Assembly: GCA_963718615.1 (NCBI GenBank)
Contig: OY970368.1
Span: 352,001-416,000, forward strand
DNA from: an uncultured cyanobacterium
GTDB taxonomy: Bacteria; Cyanobacteriota; Cyanobacteriia; PCC-9006; JAAUQQ01
Direction: 5' to 3'
DNA: 64,000 bases
Under the pieces are notes generated by a model that worked only from the letters and a program-made list of their open reading frames with translations, had not been told where the DNA came from and made no database searches. The translations under genes were made by a program, and so were the position numbers. Positions within the stretch are counted from its first letter, which is position 1. The number at the start of each line of letters is the position of its first letter. This document shows, piece after piece, positions 31,201 to 41,179 of this stretch.

Positions 31201-31710
31201 ATGAACAACTGGACTATCCTGGGCGTTCAAAGCACCATTGGATTAGTTGTATACACGTTGATATTTTTCTGGTACGTGCAGCCGAGGCTCTCAAAGTTAC
31301 CCTTTGAAAAAGCTGTTTTGCCGCTACTTTTGTTGCACGTTTTTCGATATGCGGGCTTTGCGTTACTGGTGGTTGGACAGGTAGATCCGTCTTTGCCACG
31401 ACCAGTGATGTCTGCGATCGCCGTAGGCGATTTACTGGCTGCTATCAGCGCGTTAATTGCCGCGCTTGCCCTACGGGGGCAGTCAAGTTTGGCGATGCCG
31501 TTGATTTGGCTCTTCACTTTCATCGGAGTTGCAGACATCGTCAATGTCGGGCGCATTGCCATCAGCCTTGATCTGTTCAATCATGATATCGGCACGATGT
31601 GGTTTGTCTCGATCTTGTTTTTTCCGACTCTGCTCATCGCGCATATTTACATCTTCCATCGTCTCGTCAAAAAAGGAGACGAAGACCTTAAAAGGATTGA
31701 AAACGCCTAA
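31201..31710 (+). CDS. Hypothetical integral membrane protein
   Basis: About 5 TMs; LLLLHVFRYAG..GDLLAA; GGAG RBS. Confidence 0.8.
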   Translation: MNNWTILGVQSTIGLVVYTLIFFWYVQPRLSKLPFEKAVLPLLLLHVFRYAGFALLVVGQVDPSLPRPVMSAIAVGDLLAAISALIAALALRGQSSLAMPLIWLFTFIGVADIVNVGRIAISLDLFNHDIGTMWFVSILFFPTLLIAHIYIFHRLVKKGDEDLKRIENA

Positions 31711-31787
31711 TGAAAATCACCACAAGATCCCGGCCTGTGGCAATTATTACGGCTTTGGGCCGAGACACTCAATAGAGGAAATTTCCT

Positions 31788-32324
31788 ATGCCCAAACGAT
31801 CTCATTTCATGGCCGTTGTCGCCACTGGACTGTTTGCAGGCGGCGGCACTATGGTCGGCCTCTCCTTCGGAATTGTCTTTCTAGGACTTGGCAACCTGGT
31901 GCCAGCGATGAGCGGTGAGCAACTGGTCGAGCTTTTCCCAAAATACTGGATTGCGATCGCTTGCACGATCATTCCTATCGCACTCACAAAGACTATCGCG
32001 CTCTTTACAGCAACATTCACGTCACCCAAGGGCAATGGTGTTCGGCAGCTTTGGGTCTGGGCGCTGTGTCTTTGGCTCATGAACTGCACGATCACCGTTG
32101 GATACCACCTTCAGGTCGTGATCGCTTCATTCCAGGGCCAATACTCCCCTGAGGAGATGGTCGGCACAATCCAGATGTGGATTGGGCTTCACTGGGTCCG
32201 AGTGGCGCTGGCCCTGGCGAGCTTTGCGTTCGCTATCATGGCGACCCTGCGCGCGGCAATAAAGAACACAGCCTGGCAGCGACGGACTGAACAGCCATCG
32301 ATACAACGAGGAACTCAATTGTGA
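31788..32324 (+). CDS. DUF1772/anthrone oxygenase-like membrane protein
   Basis: ATGLFAG start, four TMs, W..LHWVR motif; GAGG RBS. Confidence 0.65.
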   Translation: MPKRSHFMAVVATGLFAGGGTMVGLSFGIVFLGLGNLVPAMSGEQLVELFPKYWIAIACTIIPIALTKTIALFTATFTSPKGNGVRQLWVWALCLWLMNCTITVGYHLQVVIASFQGQYSPEEMVGTIQMWIGLHWVRVALALASFAFAIMATLRAAIKNTAWQRRTEQPSIQRGTQL

Positions 32325-32410
32325 CCTATCGTATCGGGCCTGCCATAACCGAGGTATCCCCTGCCTCTGACTGAGATAGCACCAGCAGACTACGTAAAAA
32401 GGTATCGACA

Positions 32411-32818
32411 ATGACACAAACAGTCAGATGGACCATCGCCTTATTGATGGCAGCAACGATTTTCCGGGTTCAAACAGTCCTTTTTCTTCCCACAGTGGAA
32501 ATGTTCGGCGGTTCTGCTCCGGATGGTTGGTTTGGTCCGTGGCTGAGCGATGCCATCCTTGGCTTCCTCTTGCCGGTAATGCTCTTCCTGTTTTGGACGG
32601 GGCACGGAATTCGGGTCTGGGGCGTGCTGGTGGGCTATAACGCTGTCGGAGCCTTTGACTATTCCCAAGGTCTGATCACGCAATATGTCAGCCCAATGCC
32701 AGCAGAGATGGCTTCGCCCGCAACCGTCTATGGTGGCATCGGCATCTTTGTGGTGTTGCAGCTGATCGCGCTCTGGCTGCTGTTCCGCCACGATGTTGTC
32801 GCCCATTTCAAAACGTGA
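32411..32818 (+). CDS. Hypothetical integral membrane protein
   Basis: Four hydrophobic segments; same orientation as the operon. Confidence 0.75.
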   Translation: MTQTVRWTIALLMAATIFRVQTVLFLPTVEMFGGSAPDGWFGPWLSDAILGFLLPVMLFLFWTGHGIRVWGVLVGYNAVGAFDYSQGLITQYVSPMPAEMASPATVYGGIGIFVVLQLIALWLLFRHDVVAHFKT

Positions 32819-32960
32819 GTTCAGAGGGCAGGCGGTGTCAACAATCGGTGCAATCATCGCGTTTTTTCTGATGAGAGCAGAAGATCAGTTGGCAATACTT
32901 TTTAGCACAAGGGAATCTGAAAATTATTACGTCGATACCACAGGGAATTAATTCAAGACT

Positions 32961-33653
32961 ATGGATTTCAAAACCGCTTTAATTGTTGGTGCAGGCAATG
33001 GGCTCAGCGCATCGATAGCACGCCTTTTTTCTGAAAACGGTATGACGATAGGATTAGCCGCTCAAAATACTGAAAAGTTGACTTCTCTTTGCGATCAGAT
33101 CAAGGCACAGGCTTTTCAGTGCGATGCCTCGCAGCAAAATGAGGTTGAGCAGCTTTTTACTGACTTTGATCATCGCCTTGGCTCGCCTGATGTCGTGGTT
33201 TACAATCCTAGCTACCGCACCCAGGGAGCTCTGGTTGATTTGAAGCCTGCCGATGTTGAAAAAACATTGGCCGTCACAGCCTACGGCGGTTTTCTCGTCA
33301 GCCAGCAGGCCGTGAAGCGGATGCTAGAAAAGGGGCATGGGGCAATTTTGTTCACAGGTGCTTCTGCGAGTGTGAAAGGCTATGCGTTTTCTGCGCCTTT
33401 CGCGATGGGTAAGTTTGCCCTGCGCGGGCTGGCTCAAAGTATGGCCAGAGAGCTAGCGCCGAAGAATATTCATGTGGCTCATTTCATTATTGATGGGAGC
33501 ATTGCATCGCATCACCGACCGCAGCCTGAGGATAAGCCGGATAGTTTTTTAGAACCGGATGCGATCGCACAAACCTATCTAAACACCTTAATGCAGCACC
33601 GCAGCGCTTGGACATGGGAAGTAGAGCTACGTCCCTGGGGCGAACGGTTTTGA
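32961..33653 (+). CDS. Atypical SDR family oxidoreductase
   Basis: LIVGAGNGL, LFTGASAS, FAMGKFALRGLAQSMAREL (FxxxK variant), HVAHFIIDG. Confidence 0.9.
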   Translation: MDFKTALIVGAGNGLSASIARLFSENGMTIGLAAQNTEKLTSLCDQIKAQAFQCDASQQNEVEQLFTDFDHRLGSPDVVVYNPSYRTQGALVDLKPADVEKTLAVTAYGGFLVSQQAVKRMLEKGHGAILFTGASASVKGYAFSAPFAMGKFALRGLAQSMARELAPKNIHVAHFIIDGSIASHHRPQPEDKPDSFLEPDAIAQTYLNTLMQHRSAWTWEVELRPWGERF

Positions 33654-33713
33654 GCCGAGTTATCTTGCTCCTGCCCTATATGAATCTTACGCTTAGTTTG
33701 GAAACTTTAAAAA

Positions 33714-34163
33714 ATGAAAAACATAGCGGAAATTATTGCCATCATTGCCACTGCTGCTTTTGCTGGAAACATGATTAATATCGGCATGAGTTATGCAAGC
33801 TATTGGCAATCCATTGATCCGATGGCCTTCATGGAAGATTTCAAGGTGAAATTTCCGCTGCTTTTAGCCCCCACCGCAGCGACTCTTTTACCCGCTCTGA
33901 TCGCAACATTCTTGTCTGTTGTTTTCAATTGGAATAACCCTGAAACTCGATCACTTTGGCTAATCGCTTTAGTGGGGTTGCTACTTACCATAGCGATTAC
34001 GCTGATTTACCATTTGCTAAATAATTTGGCTTTCATGGGCCTGAAGTATAGCGCGGCAAAGGCAACCAGCAGGTTGCAAATCTGGGTACTGCTGCATTGG
34101 GTGCGAGTAGTCGTGGCGATCGCAGCCGCAGTCTTTGCAATTTTAGGTTTCAAAAAGTCGTGA
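33714..34163 (+). CDS. DUF1772/anthrone oxygenase-like membrane protein
   Basis: TAAFAG, four TMs, ITLIYHL..N, WVLLHWVR. Confidence 0.75.
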   Translation: MKNIAEIIAIIATAAFAGNMINIGMSYASYWQSIDPMAFMEDFKVKFPLLLAPTAATLLPALIATFLSVVFNWNNPETRSLWLIALVGLLLTIAITLIYHLLNNLAFMGLKYSAAKATSRLQIWVLLHWVRVVVAIAAAVFAILGFKKS

Positions 34164-34196
34164 TGTAAATAGAGTTACATTCAAAGGTTATTTCCC

Positions 34197-35114
34197 ATGA
34201 AAAAGGTTGTCGTTTGCGGAGCCAGCGGCATGGTTGGCACTAGGCTGGTTCAGCTGCTCCACGAAAAAGATTGTCCCCTGGTGCTGGTCGGAAGAACCCC
34301 TCAGCGGCTTCAGCAAAAATTTCCCTTTGCAGCGGATTGCTGTTCCTGGGCGGAATTTTCTGCGTACCCGGCTGAGGAATTAGGCGTCATTATCAACATG
34401 TCGGGTGCTAATGTGAGTGACCAACCGTGGTCGGATGCCTACAAGCAAATCATGACCGATAGCCGTCTGGACACTACCAACACCTGCGTTGAGGTCTGCA
34501 AACAGAATCCCGATATTCGTCTGATTAACGCGTCAGCGGTCAGTGCCTACGGGTTTTATGACGATGACCACGAGGCGTTTTCAGAAGCAGATACTGATCG
34601 CAGAACAGGGACTTGCTTTTTGCAGGAGCTGATTGACCAATGGGAGCAAGCAACGAAGCCAGCCATGGAAGCGGGCAATCGGGTCGTACTACTGCGCATC
34701 GGGGTCGTATTCGATCGCAACGAGGGCGCACTGCCAACCATGGCAACTCCATTTCCCTATTTCCTGGGGGGCAAATCTGGCACGGGGAAGCAAATTATGT
34801 CCTGGGTCAGTTTGCGCGATTTAGTCGCCGCCATCGAGTTCATTTTTGACCATCCCGACCTCAACGGACCGATCAACATCGTTTCGCCGGGAGCCTGTAG
34901 CAATCAGGTTTTTGCCCAAAGTCTGGGCAAAGCGTTGGGCAGACCAAGTTTTGTCCCTGCCCCCGCTTTCTTGATCAAAGCGCTGATGGGACAACTGGGG
35001 CAAGAGCTGGTGCTGACGGGGCAGCGCGTCTCACCAGGCAAACTGCTAGAGGCAGGCTTTGTCTTCCAGGATCAAGACATCGAACAATGCCTGAGAGACA
35101 TTTACGGTCGTTAG
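34197..35114 (+). CDS. TIGR01777 family NAD-dependent epimerase/oxidoreductase
   Basis: VCGASGMVG, SRLDTT, ASAVSAYG, FLQELIDQWE, LRIGVV, GQRVSPGKLLEAGFVF. Confidence 0.93.
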   Translation: MKKVVVCGASGMVGTRLVQLLHEKDCPLVLVGRTPQRLQQKFPFAADCCSWAEFSAYPAEELGVIINMSGANVSDQPWSDAYKQIMTDSRLDTTNTCVEVCKQNPDIRLINASAVSAYGFYDDDHEAFSEADTDRRTGTCFLQELIDQWEQATKPAMEAGNRVVLLRIGVVFDRNEGALPTMATPFPYFLGGKSGTGKQIMSWVSLRDLVAAIEFIFDHPDLNGPINIVSPGACSNQVFAQSLGKALGRPSFVPAPAFLIKALMGQLGQELVLTGQRVSPGKLLEAGFVFQDQDIEQCLRDIYGR

Positions 35115-35156
35115 AGAGAGAATCTGGTAGGTATATTCCAGGAAATATGCTTATTT

Positions 35157-35795
35157 TCATTCCCCGGCAAATATACATTCGCCGCCGCCTGCACCCCCTG
35201 CTGCGCCCCTGCCATCTCTGACCCATGGCTTCACCCGATTCCCCTCATTCAGCGCCTCCGAGATATTCGCCCCAATCAAATTCGCCGTCGCCGACTGCAG
35301 CTGCAGCTGCATCAACTGCTCATAGCTGCCCGCCTCTAGCTGACTCTGATGGCTCACCATATCCGTCAAATTTTTCATCACGTCCTGGGTTACATCCAGT
35401 GACTGGGCTTCCTGAGACTTGTCAGCAATGGCACTCAATGCCTGCTCAGCGGCATCCATCTCCTGCTTCATCGCCGTCTGTCCTTCGCTTCCCAACACCG
35501 AAGTAGCTATACTGCGGGCACTTTCCCGATCCGAGGCATTGGCCAACGACTGCTGCAACACCACCGGGTTAGCGTTGAAATTATCCAGCCGCTGTGACTC
35601 TCCCGACGCCTGCCCCATCACATCCCCCAGTCCATCGCCCCCAATCACCTGGTTCAGTTCCTGCCAGTCTCCCGGCGGGTCAGGGATGCCTAGCTCTCCC
35701 GTGTTGCTGCTCAGAATATCGCCCAGCACGCTACCCAATACATCATTCACCGTACGGGTATAGTAGGCCTCAAAAACCTGGACGTACTGATCCAT
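35157..35795 (-). pseudogene. Truncated, frameshifted gene resembling a cyanobacterial plasmid/ICE conjugation-cluster coiled-coil protein
   Basis: GELGIPDP, NPVV..LAN, SVLGSEGQ, VTQDVMK, ANLIGANISEAL; a plausible C-terminus SEMAGAQQGVQAAANVYLPG lies in another frame from about 35225. Confidence 0.5.
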
Positions 35796-35946
35796 GTTTT
35801 AGCGATTTTGTCAATGCGTAAGTCCTGATTTCCTGATTTAATTGCGCTAATTGCGCCTAGCTACTGAGTTTTTGGGAGTAATCGCGATCGCCAACTCACA
35901 AACAGCATATTGGGAACCATAAGCCCAGTGAACTCAGGTAACGCCC

Positions 35947-37461
35947 TTGACTCCATCTCAATCCAGCCCCCTCTCCAGCAAAGCGAGCCACGAAGCCGAA
36001 TCAAGCCCTTTAGCTCCGACCCAAGCTTCAGTGCAATCCCTACAAGTAGGACAGCGCTTGGCGCAGCGGTATCAACTGGCCGAATCCTTGGCCAAACATG
36101 ACAACCGGCACACCTGGATTGCCCTGGACAGGGAGCAATCTCCACCTCAGCCTGTGGTCATCAAGCTCTTAAGCGTCAGCAGTGCCGAACACTGGGAGTC
36201 GCTCAAGCTGTTTGAGCGGGAAAGCCAAGTCTTGCAATCACTGAATCACCCCCAGATTCCAGAGTATCTCGATTCCTTTGAGCTAGAGGAGGGTTTGGGC
36301 TTTGGACTCGTCCAGACGTACATTCCTGGAAAGTCGCTCAAGCAACGACTGAATGAGAGCGAGCACTTCTCCCCGGAATGGGTCAAAGCCATGGCGCGTT
36401 CGATGCTCAATATTCTGAGCTATCTGCACGAGCTGAGTCCGCCGGTTCTGCACCGTGATATCAAGCCCAGTAATATCATCTTGGGTGAAGATGGACAGAT
36501 TTATTTGGTCGATTTCGGTGCGGTTCAAAACCAAGCCGCTGTGGAGGGGCAGACCTTTACGGTGGTCGGCACCTACGGCTATGCCCCCATGGAGCAATAC
36601 GGCGGACGAGCGGTTGCGGCCTCGGATTTATATAGTTTGGGGACGACGCTGATTCATTTGTTGACCGGCGTCGCGCCGATGAACTTGCCCCAGGATGACA
36701 CCGGCATTCGATTTCAGGACTACACCAGCGCTGAACGTCCGTTTGTGAATTGGCTGGCTAAGTTGAGTGAGCCACAACTGCGCCAACGCTTTGGAACCGC
36801 TCGCGAAGCTCTAGCAACGTTAGAGCAAGGCATTCCTGACCAAATGACTCGGGGCGAAGCGTTGCTCGCCCGTCCCTACGGCAGTCGCATTCAGGTCGAA
36901 AGCGACGGGTATCGGCTCACGGTTGTCATTCCTGCCGCCGATGATTCGCTGTTTTCACTGCTGGGGGATCTGATCATGATGCCAATCCTCATGCTTATCT
37001 TTGTTGCTGTTCTGGGGGGATTGACGATGCTAATTCTCTCTATTGTCGTTCTAAGCATCATGGCGGTAGAGAGTGCTGCTGCCATGCCTTCGCTATATGT
37101 AGGCAGTGGCTTGATAACCATTGCCCTGCTTCGGCTGCTCGGCTATCCCCAATTTTGTGCCAGGTTTGAGCCCTACCGCAGCCTTAATCTGGAGTCTGAT
37201 GGTCAAATTCTCAAAATTCAACATCGGCTTGGAATTATTTCCTACTGGAAGAGCCAAGTCGCACTGAAGGAGATCAAGCAGGTGTACGCCCATGAAAACC
37301 ATATTCGTTTGGTGGTTGAGGGCAAACGAATCAAAATTGCTCAACGGGTCGCACTTTCGATTGAAGAACTACGCTGGCTCGGACAGGAGTTTGACCGGCA
37401 GTGGCGAATCGGTAAAAGCGTGCATAGCCATGAGAAGCAAACGGCAAGGGAAATAGGCTAA
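35947..37461 (+). CDS. Hanks-type Ser/Thr protein kinase with membrane C-terminus
   Basis: VVIK, FERE, HPQIP, HRDIKPSN, LVDFG, GTYGYAPMEQ, SDLYSLG; two TMs. Confidence 0.93.
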   Translation: MTPSQSSPLSSKASHEAESSPLAPTQASVQSLQVGQRLAQRYQLAESLAKHDNRHTWIALDREQSPPQPVVIKLLSVSSAEHWESLKLFERESQVLQSLNHPQIPEYLDSFELEEGLGFGLVQTYIPGKSLKQRLNESEHFSPEWVKAMARSMLNILSYLHELSPPVLHRDIKPSNIILGEDGQIYLVDFGAVQNQAAVEGQTFTVVGTYGYAPMEQYGGRAVAASDLYSLGTTLIHLLTGVAPMNLPQDDTGIRFQDYTSAERPFVNWLAKLSEPQLRQRFGTAREALATLEQGIPDQMTRGEALLARPYGSRIQVESDGYRLTVVIPAADDSLFSLLGDLIMMPILMLIFVAVLGGLTMLILSIVVLSIMAVESAAAMPSLYVGSGLITIALLRLLGYPQFCARFEPYRSLNLESDGQILKIQHRLGIISYWKSQVALKEIKQVYAHENHIRLVVEGKRIKIAQRVALSIEELRWLGQEFDRQWRIGKSVHSHEKQTAREIG

Positions 37462-37773
37462 GGCGACTTCAACGGCACAATAGAGAAGCCTTTTGAGCAA
37501 GACAAGAAAGACTTTAAAACTAAAGATTGAAAGGCAGTAGATAAGTCCAGCAATCTGCATGTGTATCTCGAACTCGCCAAACTCGGGGTTGTTCGCGATC
37601 GCAAAAGCTTCCTCTTCAGCACTCAAACCATAAAAATCCCAGAACAGAAGAACCTGCGAAAGATACATCAAAGGAACGGAAAACAAACAGCCTAAGAACG
37701 TTCAACGCTAAATTAATAAAGCAGGGGCAAGTAGCCCTGTCAGACAGATTAATTTTATTAAAAATTCTATCAC
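37369..37773 (-). pseudogene. AT-rich membrane-protein pseudogene with two in-frame stops
   Basis: GTG 37773 gives MIEFLIKLICLTGLLAPALLI*R*TFLGCLFSVPLMYLSQVLLFW..., all in one frame. Confidence 0.5.
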
Positions 37774-38338
37774 TTGCTATAAATATTCTCAGCAATTGTA
37801 TCCACAGCAATTTTATCTTAATGTTTCCTTAAATGTACGGCACCTCTGCCAAAATAGGCCAAACAGGGTATAACAGATTGACGCTCTCCCCCCAAGCCTA
37901 ACGGGTATGGTCGGAGATTCCTGTTTCACAGCCTCTTAACTAGATGCAGCGCTGTGACTACACCCCCGTCAGACCGACTCCGCAGGCAGTTTGGTTTTCA
38001 GTCCACGGTGCGCCCCACCGCAGACTTTGAACAAGTACAAATCGAGTTTGATATGTTCAACCCTTACGCACAAAGTTTTACCCAAGACACGATTCAGTCT
38101 TGGAACCCCATACTCTGTTATCTAGGTTCAGCTCATTGAGCGTGACGCATTACCGTGACTTCGCTCAGTACGATTGTACCGGAGAAGATTTTTTGTTGTT
38201 CGACTGGATATTCGCGATTTGCTCCCTATCGGTCGCGTGACCCTTCACCACCAACCCAGCCCGCGAGGCTATGGTTGGAGCACTGCGAAGATTTCTGGTA
38301 GATAATCAGGATTGTGCGATCGCCCCAGGAAGCAAACC

Positions 38339-39238
38339 ATGCGATTTATCAACCCCAAAACCGACTTCGCCTTTAAAAAAATCTTCGGCTCCGACCAAAG
38401 CCAGGAAGTTTTAATCAGCTTCCTCAATGCCCTGCTCTACGACGGCGAACCGAACATTGCATCCCTCGACATTCTCAACCCCTACCAAGCGCCTCGGGTG
38501 CGGGGGATGAAAGACACCTATCTCGACGTAAAAGCCCAACTGGCCAATGGCACCAGCGTCATCATCGAAATGCAAGTCCTCAACGTCGAAGGCTTTGAGA
38601 AACGCATTCTCTACAACGCCGCCAAACGCTACTCCACCCAGCTCAAAACCGGTGAGGGCTACACGCTGCTCAATCCCGTCATCGCCTTAACGATTACGGA
38701 TTTTGTGATGTTTGATGAAATTGAGAGCTATCGGTCGTGCTTTGTGCTCAAGGAGAAAGACTATTTAATTGATTATCCGGTCTATGATATCGAGCTAGTG
38801 TTTGTGGAATTGCCGAAGTTTGAGCGATCCCTCGATGACCTCCACAGTCTCATGGACCAGTGGCTATTCTTTCTCAAAAATGCCAGGGCGTTGCAGGCCA
38901 TCCCCGCCTCCATGGAGCAAATCCCAGCCCTGCGCCAAGCCTTCACCTTTGCCAATCAAGCGGCCTTGACCCCCGAAGAACTCGACGATCTGGAAAGCCG
39001 CGAAATGTTTATTCACGATCAGCGCAACGCGGTTCGACTGGCCGTTCGCCAAGGGATGCAACAGGGTCTTGAGCAGGGTCTTGAGCAGGGTCTTGAACGG
39101 GGCCTTGAACGGGGTCGGCGGCAGGAGCAGTTGGCGATCGCCCGTCAATCCCTCCTACTCCTCAACGACGAAGTCATCAGCCAGATCACGGGGCTCTCGC
39201 TAGAAGACGTGCAACAGCTCCGGGCTGAAGCCTCCTAG
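38339..39238 (+). CDS. Rpn family recombination-promoting PD-(D/E)XK nuclease
   Basis: MRFINPKTDFAFKKIFG, YLDVKA, IIEMQ, RILYNAAK, FVELPKF; (QGLE)n repeats and ITGLS HTH tail. Confidence 0.93.
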   Translation: MRFINPKTDFAFKKIFGSDQSQEVLISFLNALLYDGEPNIASLDILNPYQAPRVRGMKDTYLDVKAQLANGTSVIIEMQVLNVEGFEKRILYNAAKRYSTQLKTGEGYTLLNPVIALTITDFVMFDEIESYRSCFVLKEKDYLIDYPVYDIELVFVELPKFERSLDDLHSLMDQWLFFLKNARALQAIPASMEQIPALRQAFTFANQAALTPEELDDLESREMFIHDQRNAVRLAVRQGMQQGLEQGLEQGLERGLERGRRQEQLAIARQSLLLLNDEVISQITGLSLEDVQQLRAEAS

Positions 39239-39343
39239 AGATTGCACGCGATCTGCATTTCCCTATATCCATCCCGAGTAAAAATTTTGTACTATAAGCC
39301 TAACCTCCTGCCTGTCTAAGGGCCTCTAAGGGCCATTAAACCC

Positions 39344-41071
39344 ATGTCTCCCTTTGATTCCTCGATCTCCGCCGTTGCCCCTCGGTCCTCTACCCATATC
39401 GTGGGCACTGTGAAGGGACCGGGCGAAAATGGTAACCAGTATGTGTTTATTACGGCAGATAAACGCCAGGTCAAAATTGGCGAGTATGTTTATTACATTC
39501 TCGAAGAAAGTTTTGGGCCAGGGCAGCCAGTGGAGCGGCGCAATATTTTGGGCAAAATCTCTGGAATTAGCCTGATTGATCATCTGCCCGATCGCATCTT
39601 TGCGGACACTGAAACCAGCCCTGAACTGATTGCCGCCCTCGTGGGCTTCACCCACGATAACCCCGAAATTTACGAAGTTTCTGTGGATGTAATTGGCTAT
39701 TTCCATCCAGCCTTAGGCTTTTTGAATTTGCGCAAGGCCCCCAATCCGGGAGCCAAGGTTCACATTGCTGAAGACCGCATGCTCCAGCGAATTCTCAACA
39801 AAAAGCAGCCCGGAGAATTGGGCTCAGCGCAGATTGGTTCGCTGCTCCTGCGAGAATTGGGCGCGGTACCCGTGACGCTGGATGTGAAGGAACTCGTAAG
39901 CACCCACATGGCGATTTTGGCGGGGACGGGCTCGGGCAAATCCTATACGGCTGGGGTCTTAATCGAAGAATTGCTCAGCCCTTACAACCGCGCAGCAGTC
40001 CTGATTTTCGACCCCCATGGTGAATACAGTACGCTAGAGGAGTTGCGGGGGCATCCGGCCTTTCAAGATCCTGATGGTTATGCTCCTAAGGTGCAGATTC
40101 TAACGCCAGATCAAATTCGGATTCGTATGTCGTCGCTGGATTATTACGACATTGTGACGCTGTTGCCTGCCATGAGCGATCGCCAGCAGGCCATTCTCAG
40201 CAAAGCCTTCGCCATCCTCAAAAAACACAAGCGTGGTGGTGGGGAATATCGTTGGGATATCCAGGATTTGATTGCGGCGGTTTATCAAGCAGATACCACT
40301 GTCGATGAAGAGGGTAATGAAAAACGGGGCTCTTCGGCAGAGGCTTTGGAATGGAAATTGGGGCAGATGGAGCGATCGCCCTATTTCCACGCCTACGAAC
40401 ACATGACACCCCCAAGTCTGCTGGAACCGGGCCAAGTCACGGTCCTGCAAATGAGCGAAATCAGCCAGGAAGAACAGCAGGTGATCTGCGCAGCGGTGTT
40501 GCGGCAAACCTACCACGCCCGACTGAATACCCAAAAGGAAAACATCGGCCCTGACGATGAAAACTATCTGCCCTATCCGGTGTTTATCCTCTTAGAAGAA
40601 TCTCACCGCTTCGCCCCGGCTCACGAGCCCTCCCGCTGTAAGCAGGTCCTGCGGACGATTTTAGGAGAAGGCCGTAAGTTCGGTATGGGGATTGGGTTGA
40701 TTACACAACGCCCAGGAAAGGTAGATTCCGATGTGTTATCCCAATGCATGAGCCAGTTTTTGATGCGCATTGTCAACCCGGTCGATCAGGAAAGTCTCAA
40801 GCATGGGGTCGAAGCCGCAGGGCGGGATTTGCTGATGGAATTGCCTGCGCTCACAAAGGGTCAAGTGATTGTTTCTGGGGCTTGCATCAATACACCGGTC
40901 CTGTGCCAAGTGCGTCAGCGACTCACCAAACATGGGGGCACGACGCTGAATGCCCCGGAAATGTGGATGAACCATTTTGAGCAGCATCAGGTTCGGGCAC
41001 GGCAGATCAAGGAAGCGCCGTTAGCAGGACGGAAACCGGCTAAAACCCGTCGAGGGGTGAGCATTGAGTAG
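39344..41071 (+). CDS. HerA/FtsK-family ATPase (HAS barrel + DUF87)
   Basis: N-terminal barrel; HMAILAGTGSGKSY Walker A; IFDPHGEY; LLEESHRFAP; EGRKFGMG..TQRP; VLSQC. Confidence 0.9.
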   Translation: MSPFDSSISAVAPRSSTHIVGTVKGPGENGNQYVFITADKRQVKIGEYVYYILEESFGPGQPVERRNILGKISGISLIDHLPDRIFADTETSPELIAALVGFTHDNPEIYEVSVDVIGYFHPALGFLNLRKAPNPGAKVHIAEDRMLQRILNKKQPGELGSAQIGSLLLRELGAVPVTLDVKELVSTHMAILAGTGSGKSYTAGVLIEELLSPYNRAAVLIFDPHGEYSTLEELRGHPAFQDPDGYAPKVQILTPDQIRIRMSSLDYYDIVTLLPAMSDRQQAILSKAFAILKKHKRGGGEYRWDIQDLIAAVYQADTTVDEEGNEKRGSSAEALEWKLGQMERSPYFHAYEHMTPPSLLEPGQVTVLQMSEISQEEQQVICAAVLRQTYHARLNTQKENIGPDDENYLPYPVFILLEESHRFAPAHEPSRCKQVLRTILGEGRKFGMGIGLITQRPGKVDSDVLSQCMSQFLMRIVNPVDQESLKHGVEAAGRDLLMELPALTKGQVIVSGACINTPVLCQVRQRLTKHGGTTLNAPEMWMNHFEQHQVRARQIKEAPLAGRKPAKTRRGVSIE

Positions 41072-41126
41072 GCAAGATGGGATTCAAGATGGGGTTAAGT
41101 AATTTACCCGATCGGTTTCCATGGTT

Positions 41127-41154
41127 GTAGGGACAGAGCAATTTCTGTCCCCAC
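41127..41154. repeat. GTAG-type REP-like palindrome
   Basis: GTAGGGACAGAG-CAAT-TTCTGTCCCCAC between convergent genes. Confidence 0.7.
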
Positions 41155-41179
41155 GAAATCCTCACACCACCTTCGCGAT

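Noticed and set aside
37954-38300. 61-aa ORF and flanking DNA as an IS fragment
   Set aside because: No transposase motif or terminal repeats recognisable; left unannotated.
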